DNA of 63,855 bases, filler included. It is 5 parts of 5 records of this genome, joined end to end, with 100 filler letters (N's around TTAATTAATTAA, not from the genome) between each part and the next. Parts side by side here need not be neighbours in the genome. Positions count along the whole stretch, not along the records: positions 27,077 to 32,131 come from SRR31156797_15708; positions 32,232 to 45,283 come from SRR31156797_15712; 3 more parts are not named here. The stretch is one strand, 5' to 3'. Of the stretch, positions 30,286-41,065 are shown piece after piece (position 1 is the first letter of the stretch; every line of letters starts with the position of its first letter). Below the pieces are notes generated by a model. The model was not told where the DNA came from. It made no database searches and saw only the letters and a list, made by a program, of their open reading frames with translations. The position numbers and the translations under genes are program-made.

Positions 30286-31242
30286 ATGAGCAACGAGAAC
30301 ACCCCAAATAATAACCCTTCGCCCTCCACCATTCTTGCAGTGGATGATAACCCCACCACACTGCATATGCTGGAGTCCATCCTCAAACGCGAACAGTATC
30401 ATGTACTCACTGCGACTGACGGTATCGAGGCAATGGAGGTCCTGAAAAAACACGGTCAGAATATCGATACCATCCTTCTGGATCGTATGATGCCAAATAT
30501 GGACGGCATGGAAGTTACCAAGCAGGTACTCAAAAACCCAAGCCTCAAATATATTCCAATTATTATGCAGACAGCAGCTGATAAGCCGGAAGAGATTAGC
30601 GAAGGCATCAAGGCGGGGGTCTTTTATTATCTGACCAAACCCATAGAACGGAAGATGTTATTATCCATCATAGCCTCTGCAATAAAAGAGATACAACAGC
30701 GCAAGGTTCTTGAAGCGGAAATGCGCCGCCACAAAATGAGCTTCGGCTTGGTGGATGTCCTTAAAGGTTGCTGCCGCACGCTTGATGAAGCGGAAAGCAT
30801 GTCTTCCTTTCTCGCCAACTGCTTTCCCGATGCTGAACGTGCTCTTACCGGAATATCAGAGCTCCTCTTCAATGCTGTTGAACACGGCAATCTCGGCATC
30901 AGCTATGAAGAAAAAACAGATCTGATGAATAAAAACATCTGGAGAGAGGAGATTGAGCGCCTCCTTAATCTGCCAGAATATGCTGCAAAAAAAATAACGG
31001 TGATTTTTGAAAAACGGGAAGACACCTATTATTTGCAGGTTACTGATCAAGGTAAGGGGTTTAATTGGAAAAGTTTTATGGAATTCGACCCTTCACGGGC
31101 TTCCCACAACCATGGTCGTGGCATTGCGATGGCCAACATTATCGCTTTTGACCAGCTCATGTATAATGAGGCTGGAAATCAGGTTACTGCAGTTATGAAA
31201 AAAAAGGCTCCGACAAAAGATACTGATGATTACTGGGGATGA
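30286..31242 (+). CDS. response regulator: REC + HATPase (RsbW-like) output
   Basis: ILAVDD, LLDRMMPNMDG, YLTKP; ELLFNAVEHGN, DQGKGF, HGRG. Confidence 0.88.
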   Translation: MSNENTPNNNPSPSTILAVDDNPTTLHMLESILKREQYHVLTATDGIEAMEVLKKHGQNIDTILLDRMMPNMDGMEVTKQVLKNPSLKYIPIIMQTAADKPEEISEGIKAGVFYYLTKPIERKMLLSIIASAIKEIQQRKVLEAEMRRHKMSFGLVDVLKGCCRTLDEAESMSSFLANCFPDAERALTGISELLFNAVEHGNLGISYEEKTDLMNKNIWREEIERLLNLPEYAAKKITVIFEKREDTYYLQVTDQGKGFNWKSFMEFDPSRASHNHGRGIAMANIIAFDQLMYNEAGNQVTAVMKKKAPTKDTDDYWG

Positions 31243-31552
31243 TAACAACTCCTCCTTCTGAGTTACACGACAGTCGTAATTCGTATTACACTTACGTAAC
31301 AAACCCGCGTTTTTCTCACCCTCCACCCCTACCACTTCGCACCATAAACGCCTACTTAAAGCCACTTAACAAGTGGCCCTTTATTTTGAAAAATCGGGGT
31401 CATTTATTGCATCAATTTTAAAAGCTATAGGTATTTCAAAGAGCCATCAATACTAGAACACTTCTCTACGCCAAAAAAACAAATAGTAGATTGATAGCTC
31501 TTAGTCATTTCCCCACCACATCAGCCGCAAAAACAGGTTCGAGGTAAAAAGT

Positions 31553-32131
31553 ATGCCTGACAATAAAAATCGCTCTGGATACGAAAGTGCTACAAACCAG
31601 GAAAATGCTCATATTTGGTTTGATACCTCTTCCCAAGAATCAGCTGACGAACTAAGTCGACTCAAGGCAAAAAGCTGGGAAACAACAGCCAGGGAGGGAG
31701 TTGACAGTTCCGGTACAGGAAACATCCACCTTGGTGACAATACAGAAAAAGAGTTCATCAACACCAACAATTTCCTGGGAGATGGTGTCACCGAGGACGG
31801 ACTCCTCTCCGCCCAAGGAACACTGATCATTACAGGTCCTAACCCTAAAGGGAACTCTTTCAAGTCATCAATCGTTTCCGGAAAATACGGTTCACTTTCG
31901 ATAGAGAAGGACGGTACGTGGACGTATACCCTGGATAACGAGCTGCAAGATGTCCAAACACTTAATGTAAGAAATTCTCTTGCAGATACAATAGAAGTTA
32001 CTTCGCTTGACGGCACAACCCACTCCCTTGAAATACAAGTGCATGGAGCCAACGATGCACCGTTACTCAAAATCGTCTCGCAGGCAACTGTCGATGAAGA
32101 CGGAACAAAGACCATTGCATTTAAGGCAAGC
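31553..32131 (+). CDS. giant VCBS/cadherin-like repeat adhesin, N-terminal fragment
   Basis: VTED..GTL..GKYGSLSI..GTWTYTLDN..HGANDAP VCBS repeat; runs off the contig. Confidence 0.85.
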
Positions 32132-32231
32132 NNNNNNNNNNNNNNNNNNNNNNNNNNNNNNNNNNNNNNNNNNNNTTAATTAATTAANNNNNNNNNNNNN
32201 NNNNNNNNNNNNNNNNNNNNNNNNNNNNNNN
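32132..32231. other. artificial contig linker
   Basis: N44-TTAATTAATTAA-N44. Confidence 0.98.
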
Positions 32232-32912
32232 CTGCATGTCCGCGAGCCCGGTTTCTACGCCGAAACGGCGCCATGGAACCGCAACCGGCTGCGCAACGCC
32301 GACATCGCGACTTACCTGCCGGCTATCGAAGCCATCACCGGCGCCGGCGGCTGGGTGATCCGTATCGGCGATCACACCATGACCCCGCTTCCCGATCTGC
32401 CGAACGTGATCGATCTTGCAACCCGGCACGAACACAGCGACTGGATGGACATTTTCTGCATCGCCGAGTGCCGCTTCCTGCTGGCGACGACGTCGGGACC
32501 CCACAACGTGGCCGACGCCTTCGGTACCCCGATCGTCGGCACCAACTGGTTCGCTCTCGGATACTGGCCCCTGTCGAAAAACGACATTTTCATTCACAAG
32601 CTTTTGCGTGACCGCAAAAGCGGGCGGATTCTCAGTCTCGAAGAATCCCTACGCCCCCCTCTTTTCGGCGCCTGGGAACCGATGCTCTATGAACGCATGG
32701 GGATCGAAGTGATCGACAATTCGGCCGACGACATCCTTGCCGCAACCGAGGAGATGCTGGCCCATCGGCAGGACGGCGACCCTTTGACGGCGGAGGACGA
32801 AACCCGCCAGCGGCGTTTTCGCGACATCGCCGATCCCTATCGGGTGGGTCTCAGCGCCAGGCCCGGACGGGATTTCCTGAATCGCCATCCGGAGCTTCTG
32901 AACGGCGCCTAG
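32232..32912 (+). CDS. TIGR04372-family putative glycosyltransferase (5'-truncated)
   Basis: LHVRE..RNADI..Y..AI..GGWVIRIGD, FGTP, IDNSADDI, GRDFLNRH. Confidence 0.8.
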   Translation: MHVREPGFYAETAPWNRNRLRNADIATYLPAIEAITGAGGWVIRIGDHTMTPLPDLPNVIDLATRHEHSDWMDIFCIAECRFLLATTSGPHNVADAFGTPIVGTNWFALGYWPLSKNDIFIHKLLRDRKSGRILSLEESLRPPLFGAWEPMLYERMGIEVIDNSADDILAATEEMLAHRQDGDPLTAEDETRQRRFRDIADPYRVGLSARPGRDFLNRHPELLNGA

Positions 32913-33022
32913 TCGGGTCATCCGGCACCCCTCGGATCAAAGCCGTTCAAATGAACTGTCGGACCGGCTGTGCTATAGTTCAAGCAATTCCGGCCATGCA
33001 CTGGATTGATTGGAATCGTTCG

Positions 33023-35002
33023 ATGAAGTTTCTCCTGGTCGTTCCCCGCTTTATCAACAAGGTCGGCCAGTATTATGAATTTCCTCTGGGCCTTGCGTAC
33101 ATTTCGTCGTCCCTGAAAAAAGCCGGGCACACCGTTGAATGCTTGAACCTCAATCATATTCAAGCCTGGCCGAAAGAAGCCGTGCGACAGGCCATTGAAG
33201 AATTCGATCCCGACGTCTGCGGCAGCGGCACGTTGTCGCCCCATTTCAATCAGATCAGCGTAATCTTCGATGCGGCGCGCGCGGCCAAACCGAATATCGT
33301 CAATATCGTCGGCGGCGGTGTTTTCAGCGGCGACCCGCAAGTGATGTCGGAAGTCCTGGATATCGATTACGGCGTTGTCGGCGAGGGAGACCAAAGCGTT
33401 CTCGACGTTGCCAATGTCCTCGATGGCGGCGGCGATCCGGAGGCGGTGCCGGGAATAGGTTTTCGCGATTCCGACGGCCGGTTTCACATGACGTCGGACA
33501 ACAAACCGATCCACGATCTCGAATCAATCTGTTGGCCCGACTATGAAGGTTTCGGACTCGAAACCTACCTGTCGACTCAGCGTCGCTCGGATAACTATTT
33601 TTTCCACCTCGCCGATAGCCCGCGTTCGCTGCCGATGATCGCCAGCCGGTCCTGTCCGTTCAACTGCACCTTCTGTTTTCATCCGACCGGGCGCCTGTAT
33701 CGCAAGCGATCCCTTGATGCCCTATTCGAGGAAATCGACTATCTGGTCGATCGCTACAATCCCAATCTGATCTCGTTTCTGGATGAACTGTTCGCCCTGA
33801 AAAAACAGGACCTGTTGGATTTCTGCGAACGCATTCGGCCCTACGGGATCAAATGGATGGTCAACCTCCACGTATCCTCGGCAGATGCCGAAGTCATTTC
33901 CGCCATGAAGAAGGCCGGATGCCTCTATATTGGCTACGGCATTGAAAATGTCAGTTCCGGCATTCTTAAAAGCATGGATAAAAAGTCGACGCTTGAGCAG
34001 ATCGAGAACGCGCTGGAACTCAACTATCGTTACAAGGTCGGCATTCAGGGAAATATCATTTTCGGCGATCCGGAAGAAACCTTCGAAACCGTCAATGAAA
34101 ACCTGGCTTGGTGGGCTAAAAACCGAAAATACCAAATCAACATGAACCGCCTTCAGGTCTATCCGGGAAGCATTGTCTACAAAAACAAGGTGGAAGACGG
34201 CACCATTTCCAATCCTCAAAAACAACTGTACGAACCGAGCCTGAATGTTACCGGCATCGACGAAGCCAGCACCGTGAAAATGAGAATGAAATTGATGGTT
34301 ACAAACGAAACGCTGCTGCTTCCCGCCCGCATTCTGAAATTCGAACGAAGCGAAATCGACAACGACCCCCGAGGCGAAAATTATCATATCGTCGCGGAAT
34401 GCCCCCATTGTGGCGAAACATGCGACTACGACAACATTCTTTTCGACGCCAAAATGTCGTTCCAATCCCTTCGAATGACCTGCGCCCATTGTTATGCGCG
34501 CATGGACGTACAGAATTTGGCGCGCAAACCGGTGAAAGACGCCAAGTGCGATTCGCTTTTTGAAGAAGCGGAGCGCCTGCGGGCCACCGACGATCTTGGC
34601 CGTGTATTGAATATTTATGAGGAAATACTGCGCACGAGTTTCCGAAGCGACCTCTTCGACCGGCCCGATTCCTATGTTCGCGCCGCCTACGAAACCGGCA
34701 TGCTGTTTCTGGAACGCGGCAACGATCCGGAATCGGCCGTCTACCATCTGGGAAGGGCGTTATATTTCCGGGCCTATGATCCGGAATACCATCTTGCCTT
34801 TGCCAGGGCCTTGGTGGCCGAGGGCTGCCTCGGCGCCGCGAAAATGCATTTCGAACAGGTGCTGCGCCTGGTCAATACCGACGACCCGGCGATGAGAGAG
34901 AAACTGGATCCGATCCGCGATATCGCCGAGTCGATCCCGACCGACGTTCCCTATGCCTATGTACGTCCGGCCAAATCGAAACAGCCGGTAGCCGCCGAAT
35001 AA
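33023..35002 (+). CDS. cobalamin-binding radical SAM protein with C-terminal Cys pairs and TPR-like region
   Basis: PLGLAYISSSLK, GEGD, SRSCPFNCTFC, GIEN, CPHC...CAHC, helical C-terminus. Confidence 0.88.
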   Translation: MKFLLVVPRFINKVGQYYEFPLGLAYISSSLKKAGHTVECLNLNHIQAWPKEAVRQAIEEFDPDVCGSGTLSPHFNQISVIFDAARAAKPNIVNIVGGGVFSGDPQVMSEVLDIDYGVVGEGDQSVLDVANVLDGGGDPEAVPGIGFRDSDGRFHMTSDNKPIHDLESICWPDYEGFGLETYLSTQRRSDNYFFHLADSPRSLPMIASRSCPFNCTFCFHPTGRLYRKRSLDALFEEIDYLVDRYNPNLISFLDELFALKKQDLLDFCERIRPYGIKWMVNLHVSSADAEVISAMKKAGCLYIGYGIENVSSGILKSMDKKSTLEQIENALELNYRYKVGIQGNIIFGDPEETFETVNENLAWWAKNRKYQINMNRLQVYPGSIVYKNKVEDGTISNPQKQLYEPSLNVTGIDEASTVKMRMKLMVTNETLLLPARILKFERSEIDNDPRGENYHIVAECPHCGETCDYDNILFDAKMSFQSLRMTCAHCYARMDVQNLARKPVKDAKCDSLFEEAERLRATDDLGRVLNIYEEILRTSFRSDLFDRPDSYVRAAYETGMLFLERGNDPESAVYHLGRALYFRAYDPEYHLAFARALVAEGCLGAAKMHFEQVLRLVNTDDPAMREKLDPIRDIAESIPTDVPYAYVRPAKSKQPVAAE

Positions 35003-35008
35003 AGGCGA

Positions 35009-35959
35009 TCACTTAACGGCGTCGACGAAGACGGAAACGCCGGGATAGGTGAAATCGAAAAAGGTCGGATCGCGCAGGACGAAAAACCGGCTTTGCGCAA
35101 AAGCCGAACGTTCGACCGAACCGAAACCTGAGCGCATCAGCATTCCTTCGATCTTGGCGTAATTGAACCAGTTGATATGCGGCGTCGGGTTCAGGCGGCG
35201 TTGTTCTTCGAGGCTGCAGAAGGCAACGCAATGGTCGAGCACGTCTTCGTACCCGCGTTCGGCGAAAAGCTTCTGCAATTCATCGTCCGATATCTTTCCC
35301 CGGCCCTCGGCCGGACACAATTCCGACGCGTGCGCCGCGAATTCGCGCAAAAAATGCTGACCGATGCTGCCTTCGGTTTCCTTCGTGCCGATCAAGGGGC
35401 CGAAGGTTTCAACGGCGCCTTCGCGGTAGGCCCGATAGTAGATGTCGATATCGGGGCAGACGACGCGGAATCCGCCGCCAGGTTCCAGGCAACGGAAGGC
35501 CTCGTCGAAGAAGGCCTGAACGGTATCGTCGTCGACATGCTCGATGGTGTGGCTGGAATAGACCAGGGCGGCCGCGCCATCGCCGATCGGCAGCGGCGCG
35601 CGGTCCATGAGATCCCATTCGAGGCAGTTTTCCTCGGTCGCGACGATATCCAGCGCGGTCCAGCAGGGATGCCACCATCCGGCCCCGGCGCCGACATTGT
35701 AGAAACGCCGGTCACGGACGGCTTCTTCCGAATAGTGGCGTTCATAGGCCGAAACCGGAATGACCGCCTTCGCCGCATTCAGGCACATATTCGCCCCGCC
35801 AAGCGCCGCCAGGGCCGACGCGACATCGTCGGAAGCCGCCGATTGTCCGCCGGCCAGCCCCTTCTCCGCGTGCTGCCCGGCAGTCGCGATCATTCGGATT
35901 GCCTGCGTCAACCGTCCGGGATTGACGAATCCCCCTCCATGCGCCCACCACATGCCCAT
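35009..35959 (-). CDS. class I SAM-dependent methyltransferase domain protein
   Basis: YNVGAGAG, VYSSHTIEHV, RCLEPGG.FRVVCPD. Confidence 0.8.
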   Translation of the reverse strand: MGMWWAHGGGFVNPGRLTQAIRMIATAGQHAEKGLAGGQSAASDDVASALAALGGANMCLNAAKAVIPVSAYERHYSEEAVRDRRFYNVGAGAGWWHPCWTALDIVATEENCLEWDLMDRAPLPIGDGAAALVYSSHTIEHVDDDTVQAFFDEAFRCLEPGGGFRVVCPDIDIYYRAYREGAVETFGPLIGTKETEGSIGQHFLREFAAHASELCPAEGRGKISDDELQKLFAERGYEDVLDHCVAFCSLEEQRRLNPTPHINWFNYAKIEGMLMRSGFGSVERSAFAQSRFFVLRDPTFFDFTYPGVSVFVDAVK

Positions 35960-36216
35960 GTCCTTTCACACTTGGCCTTATCTCGCACGGCGACAAACCG
36001 TAACATGCACGGAACCGCGACAACAGGGTCGCCATTTTGCCTGTCCGTCGGTTATTTGCAGCCAACAAATTCTTAACAACCGTCGGAATAGCTTTCGGTC
36101 GGGCAAGAAGCGCATCGCCGGCACCGGCGCTTCGACGGCGGCGGGATGTTTGCTTTTGCATTTGCGACCATTGACTTCCCTTCGGCCATGGCCGACCTTC
36201 GTCGACCGGAGGAAAT

Positions 36217-37233
36217 GTGGAAAACGGACACACCACCAGGATAAAGACCATTCTGATTGCCGGCCTCGGCAGCATCGGCCGGCGCCATCTGGCCCTGGTC
36301 CGAGACGTCCTGCCGCAGGCCCGTATCCTGGTTCTGCGACGTCCCGAATCTGAACCCGCCGGCGACCTCGGGCCGAACGTCGAAATCATCCATGATTCCG
36401 ACGACGCCATGGCCGCCGGGCCTGACGCCGCGATCATCGCCAACCCGGCCTCCCTTCATCTGCAAACGGCGCTTCCGCTGGCCAACGCCGGCGTTCACCT
36501 GTTGGTCGAAAAACCGATTTCAAACGGGTGCAGCGGCATCGAGGATCTGATTGCCGCGGCGGCCCAAAACGGCGCCTTGCTGCAGGTTGGATATTGCCTG
36601 CGCTTCGATCCGTCGCTGCAGGCCTTTCGGACCGCCCTGGTCGATGGACGGATCGGACGTCCGCTCGGTTTTCAGGCAACCGTCGGGCAGTATCTGCCCG
36701 ATTGGCGGCCCGGGGCGGATTATCGCGAATGCGTCAGCGCTCGGGCCGAACTCGGCGGCGGCGCGCTTCTGGAGTTGAGCCACGAGATCGACTATGTGCG
36801 CTGGATCCTGGGCGAGATCGCCTCGGTGGCGGCGCGCATCAGGCGCTCCGGCGAGCTTGAGATCGATGTCGAGGACGTGGCCGATCTGATCGCCACCACG
36901 GCAATGGGCGTCTCCGGCACCATTCATCTCGACATGCTGCAACGCCCGCCGGTCCGAACCTTCCGTGTTTTCGGTGCCGAAGGCACGCTGATATGGGACG
37001 GCATCGGCCATGAAACCAGGCTTCTGAAGGTGACCGGCGGCGTCTGCGAAACCGTCCATGCCGCCGACGAAAGCGCCCTGGCCACCGCTTATCGGGCACA
37101 GTTCACCCATTTCCTGGATGCCATCGCCAATCGCACACCACCATTGATCGGCGGCGAGGAAGGCCGCAAAACAATGCTTGTGATCGAGGCGGCGCGGCGC
37201 GCCTCGCGCGACGGAAGGGTAGCGGAACCATGA
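36217..37233 (+). CDS. Gfo/Idh/MocA oxidoreductase (PtmF-like)
   Basis: IAGLGSIGRRH, LVEKP, GQYLPDWRP, LLELSHEIDY. Confidence 0.88.
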   Translation: MENGHTTRIKTILIAGLGSIGRRHLALVRDVLPQARILVLRRPESEPAGDLGPNVEIIHDSDDAMAAGPDAAIIANPASLHLQTALPLANAGVHLLVEKPISNGCSGIEDLIAAAAQNGALLQVGYCLRFDPSLQAFRTALVDGRIGRPLGFQATVGQYLPDWRPGADYRECVSARAELGGGALLELSHEIDYVRWILGEIASVAARIRRSGELEIDVEDVADLIATTAMGVSGTIHLDMLQRPPVRTFRVFGAEGTLIWDGIGHETRLLKVTGGVCETVHAADESALATAYRAQFTHFLDAIANRTPPLIGGEEGRKTMLVIEAARRASRDGRVAEP

Positions 37234-37934
37234 GCGGGCAAATCATCGGGTTCATTTTCGCACGCGGCGGATCGAAGGGTTTTCCCGGCAAGAACGTGGC
37301 GCCATTCCGGGGAAAACCCCTGATCGCCCATGCCATTGCCGCCGGTCTGGAAGCGACTTCGATCAACCGTGTCGTCGTTTCCACGGACGACACCGAAATC
37401 GCCGATACGGCCCGCCAATGGGGGGCCGAGGTGCCGTTCCTGCGGCCGGCCGAACTGGCCACCGATACGGCGCCGGAATGGCTGGCCTGGCGTCATGCTT
37501 TGGACGCTCTCGAACCGACGGCGGACGGCGGAATTGCCGCCTTCGTCAGCATCCCGCCGACGGCCCCGATGCGGGTGGCGGGCGATGTCGACGCCTGTGT
37601 GGCGCGGTTCCTGAAAGGCGATGTCGATGTCGTGCTGACGGTCACGCCTTCTGCCCGCAATCCCTATTTCAACATGGTGACGGTCGACGATGCGGGCTTG
37701 GCGCAACTGGCCATACCGCCCGAAAAGGCGGTTCATAACCGGCAGTCGGCGCCGCCGGTATTTGATATAACCACGGTGTGTTACGCGGTTCGCCCGCAAT
37801 TCCTTCGCGATCGTGAAGGTCTGTTCGCGGGCCGCGTCGGCACCGTCGAAGTGCCGGCCGAGCGGGCGATCGATATCGATACGGAACTCGACCTTAGAAT
37901 TGCCGAGGCATTGGCGGAGGCGGCGAAAAAATGA
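37230..37934 (+). CDS. acylneuraminate cytidylyltransferase (NeuA/PtmB family)
   Basis: ARGGSKGFPGKN, VSTDD, PFLRPAELA, IDIDT. Confidence 0.92.
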   Translation: MSGQIIGFIFARGGSKGFPGKNVAPFRGKPLIAHAIAAGLEATSINRVVVSTDDTEIADTARQWGAEVPFLRPAELATDTAPEWLAWRHALDALEPTADGGIAAFVSIPPTAPMRVAGDVDACVARFLKGDVDVVLTVTPSARNPYFNMVTVDDAGLAQLAIPPEKAVHNRQSAPPVFDITTVCYAVRPQFLRDREGLFAGRVGTVEVPAERAIDIDTELDLRIAEALAEAAKK

Positions 37935-38743
37935 AAAGCGGACGCAATATCGCGGAATTGATGGATCTGACCGGTCGCACCGCCCTGATTACCGGCGGCG
38001 CCGGACATATCGGCGCCGTTTGCGCCGATGCGCTGGCCGAACAGGGATGCCGAATTGCCATTTGCGATCTGGATTCCGACAAATGCCAGGATACCGCCGA
38101 TACCATCGCCGCCTCGCGTGTCGTCGAGACGATGACCATCGCCGTCGATCTGGCCGACGAAGCGTCGGCAAAAGCCCTTCCGCAAAAAGTCGCCGACATC
38201 TTCGGCCGTCTCGATATCCTGGTTCATGCAGCGGCGTTCGTCGGCTCGTCCAACCTGATCGGATGGGCCGTTCCGCTGGCCGAGCAGTCGGCCGATACCT
38301 GGCGGGCGGCGCTTGAGACCAACCTGACGTCGATCTTCGTTCTGTCGCAAGCGGCAGCCCCGCTTTTGCAAGCGAACGGGGCCGGATCGATCGTCAATAT
38401 CGCTTCCATCTATGGGCTCGCCGGGCCCGATATGCGCCTTTACGAGGGCACCGGCATGGGCAACCCGGCGGCCTATGGGGCGGCCAAGGGCGGCCTTTTG
38501 CAACTGACCCGGTGGCTGGCGACGGTGCTGGCCCCCGATGTCAGGGTCAACTCGGTGTCGCCGGGCGGCATCCGTCGCAATCAGCCGGAAGCCTTCGTCC
38601 GCCGCTACGAGAAAAAAACGCCGTTGGGACGGATGGGAACGGAAGAGGATGTCAAAGGCGCCGTCGCCTATCTGGCAAGCGACCTTTCGGCCTATGTCAC
38701 CGGCCAGAACCTGATCGTCGACGGAGGATGGACGGCGTGGTGA
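37931..38743 (+). CDS. SDR oxidoreductase (PtmA-like)
   Basis: TGGAGHIG, ASIYG, YGAAKGG, VSPGG, VDGG. Confidence 0.88.
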   Translation: MKSGRNIAELMDLTGRTALITGGAGHIGAVCADALAEQGCRIAICDLDSDKCQDTADTIAASRVVETMTIAVDLADEASAKALPQKVADIFGRLDILVHAAAFVGSSNLIGWAVPLAEQSADTWRAALETNLTSIFVLSQAAAPLLQANGAGSIVNIASIYGLAGPDMRLYEGTGMGNPAAYGAAKGGLLQLTRWLATVLAPDVRVNSVSPGGIRRNQPEAFVRRYEKKTPLGRMGTEEDVKGAVAYLASDLSAYVTGQNLIVDGGWTAW

Positions 38744-39786
38744 CAGCGGTTCATATCGCCGGCCGGAAAGTCGGCCCCGGCGCGCCCTGTTTTGTCATCG
38801 CCGAGGCCGGGGTCAATCATAACGGCGATACCAAGCTGGCCCGGCAGTTGATCGACGCGGCCGCCGAAGCCGGTGCCGACGCCGTCAAGTTCCAGACCTT
38901 CCGTGCCGATCGCCTAACCACGGCGGACGCTCCGAAGGCCGCCTATCAGAAGGCCGCCGACGGCGACGGGTCGCAGTTGGAGATGCTGCGTCGGCTGGAA
39001 CTTCCCGAATCCGCCTGGCCGGATCTTCGGGATCATTGCCGAACCAAGGGCATCGCCTTCCTATCGTCGCCTTTCGACGAACCGGCCGCCGATTTCCTCG
39101 ACGGCCTCGACATCGCCGCCTTCAAGATCCCCTCCGGCGAGATCACGAATTCAAATTTCCTGCACCATGTCGCGGCCAAGGGCAGGCCGCTGATCGTCTC
39201 TACCGGAATGGCCGATATGGCGGAGGTGCGCGATGCCGTCGAAACGATTCGAAACGCCGGTGGCCCGCCGTTGGTCCTGCTGCATTGTGTCAGCGCCTAT
39301 CCGGCCCCGGCGGCCGAGTGCAACTTGCGCGCCATCGAAACGTTGCAGCGTGAATTCGACCTGCCGGTCGGCTGGTCGGATCATTGCCTCGGCAACGAGG
39401 TGGCGTTGGCCGCGATTGCCATCGGCGCCTGCGTCATCGAAAAACACCTGACCCTCGATCGCAACCTCCCCGGCCCCGATCACGCGGCGTCGACGGAACC
39501 GCAGGAATTTGCCGCCCTGGTTGCCGGAATCCGCAAAATCGAGGAGGCCCTGGGCACCGGAATCAAAACCCCGGCGGCGAGCGAACGGGACACCCGCGAC
39601 ATCGCCCGCAAAAGCCTGGTGGCGGCAAGAAACCTCGGCAAGGGCGAATTGCTCGGCGCCGAAGCCATCGCCATACGCCGGCCCGGCACCGGAATGCCGC
39701 CGGCCCAGGCGAAATCGCTGATCGGGCGCAAGCTTCGTGTCGATGTCGCGGAAGGTACGTTGCTGGCGTCCGACATGTTCGAATGA
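38740..39786 (+). CDS. neuB: nonulosonic acid synthase (NeuB/LegI family)
   Basis: IAEAGVNHNG, DAVKFQ, KIPSGEITN, LHCVSAYP, GPDH, SAF domain; GTG overlaps the upstream stop. Confidence 0.92.
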   Translation: MTAVHIAGRKVGPGAPCFVIAEAGVNHNGDTKLARQLIDAAAEAGADAVKFQTFRADRLTTADAPKAAYQKAADGDGSQLEMLRRLELPESAWPDLRDHCRTKGIAFLSSPFDEPAADFLDGLDIAAFKIPSGEITNSNFLHHVAAKGRPLIVSTGMADMAEVRDAVETIRNAGGPPLVLLHCVSAYPAPAAECNLRAIETLQREFDLPVGWSDHCLGNEVALAAIAIGACVIEKHLTLDRNLPGPDHAASTEPQEFAALVAGIRKIEEALGTGIKTPAASERDTRDIARKSLVAARNLGKGELLGAEAIAIRRPGTGMPPAQAKSLIGRKLRVDVAEGTLLASDMFE

Positions 39787-39797
39787 GGCGAAACCGT

Positions 39798-40961
39798 ATG
39801 AAACGCAAGATCGCCGTCGTCACGACAAGCCGGGCCGATTTCGGAATCTACCGGCCGTTGCTGCGCCGCCTGACGGACAACGTTCGTGCCGAGTTGCATC
39901 TGATCGTCGGCGGCATGCATCTGCGGCCGGAATACGGCATGACCGTCCGCGAGATCGAAACCGAAGGCTTTCCCATCGCCGCCCGCGTCGATCATTTGGT
40001 CGCCGGATCGGGGCCGATGGCCATTGCCGAATCCATGGGGCGGGGAACGGCCGGCTACGCCGCCGCCATTGCCGAAACCGGTGCCGAGATCGTGGTCGTG
40101 CTGGGCGACCGCTTTGAAATGCACGCCGCCGCGGTGGCGGCACTCCCCCTGAACCGGGCGATCGCCCATATTCACGGCGGCGAGTTGACCCTGGGCGCGA
40201 TTGACGATTCGTTCCGGCATTCGATCACGAAATTGAGCCACCTGCACTTCGTCTCGACGGACGCGTTCGCCAGACGGGTCGTCCAGATGGGCGAGGAACC
40301 CTGGCGGGTCACCGTTGCCGGCGCCCTCGGGCTGGACAATCTGGCCAACCTCGAGCCCATCGGCGAGGACGAACTGGAAGCCCTTGTTGGCATGCCGTTG
40401 CGCTCCCGCCCCTTGCTGGTCACCTATCATCCGGAAACCCGCGATGCGACACCGCCGGGCGAACAGATCGCCGAGGTTCTCGCCGCGCTTGACGACACCG
40501 CCATGCCCGTGGTCATCACCGCCCCAAATGCCGATGACGGCGGCGACGAGATCCGCCGGCGCATTCTGGCGTTCGCCGCCGAGCGTACCAATGTGCGCTT
40601 CATCGAAAGCCTCGGAACCCGGGCCTATTTCGGCCTGATGGCAATCACCGCCGCGATGGCCGGCAATACATCCAGCGGCATCATCGAGGCGGCATCCTTC
40701 AAGCTTCCGGTCGTCGACATCGGCAAACGGCAAGAAGGCCGACCACGCGCCGCCAACGTCATTACCGTCGATTGCAGGCGCGAAAAAATCGCCGGGGCGA
40801 TCGAAAAAGCGGCGTCGGACGGGTTCCGCGCCAAGCTGGCGGATATCGGCAATCCCTATGCCGGGCCGAAGCCGGCTGCCGAGATCGTCGGAGAGGTCCT
40901 GATTTCGGCGGAAATCGGCGAAAGTCTGCTAAAAAAAGGGTTCCACGACCTGAAACTATAA
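39798..40961 (+). CDS. neuC: hydrolysing NDP-GlcNAc/bacillosamine 2-epimerase (NeuC/LegG family)
   Basis: TTSRADFG, GMHL, LGDRFE, HIHGGE, GNTSSGIIEA. Confidence 0.92.
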   Translation: MKRKIAVVTTSRADFGIYRPLLRRLTDNVRAELHLIVGGMHLRPEYGMTVREIETEGFPIAARVDHLVAGSGPMAIAESMGRGTAGYAAAIAETGAEIVVVLGDRFEMHAAAVAALPLNRAIAHIHGGELTLGAIDDSFRHSITKLSHLHFVSTDAFARRVVQMGEEPWRVTVAGALGLDNLANLEPIGEDELEALVGMPLRSRPLLVTYHPETRDATPPGEQIAEVLAALDDTAMPVVITAPNADDGGDEIRRRILAFAAERTNVRFIESLGTRAYFGLMAITAAMAGNTSSGIIEAASFKLPVVDIGKRQEGRPRAANVITVDCRREKIAGAIEKAASDGFRAKLADIGNPYAGPKPAAEIVGEVLISAEIGESLLKKGFHDLKL

Positions 40962-41065
40962 ATGCCCCGGTTGCTTGCGAAACCGGCGGATTCATTTACC
41001 CGACCACCAAAATCTGGTATGTTTTTTGCTTCGATCCTGATGCGAAGAAACGCGGGGATTTCACG

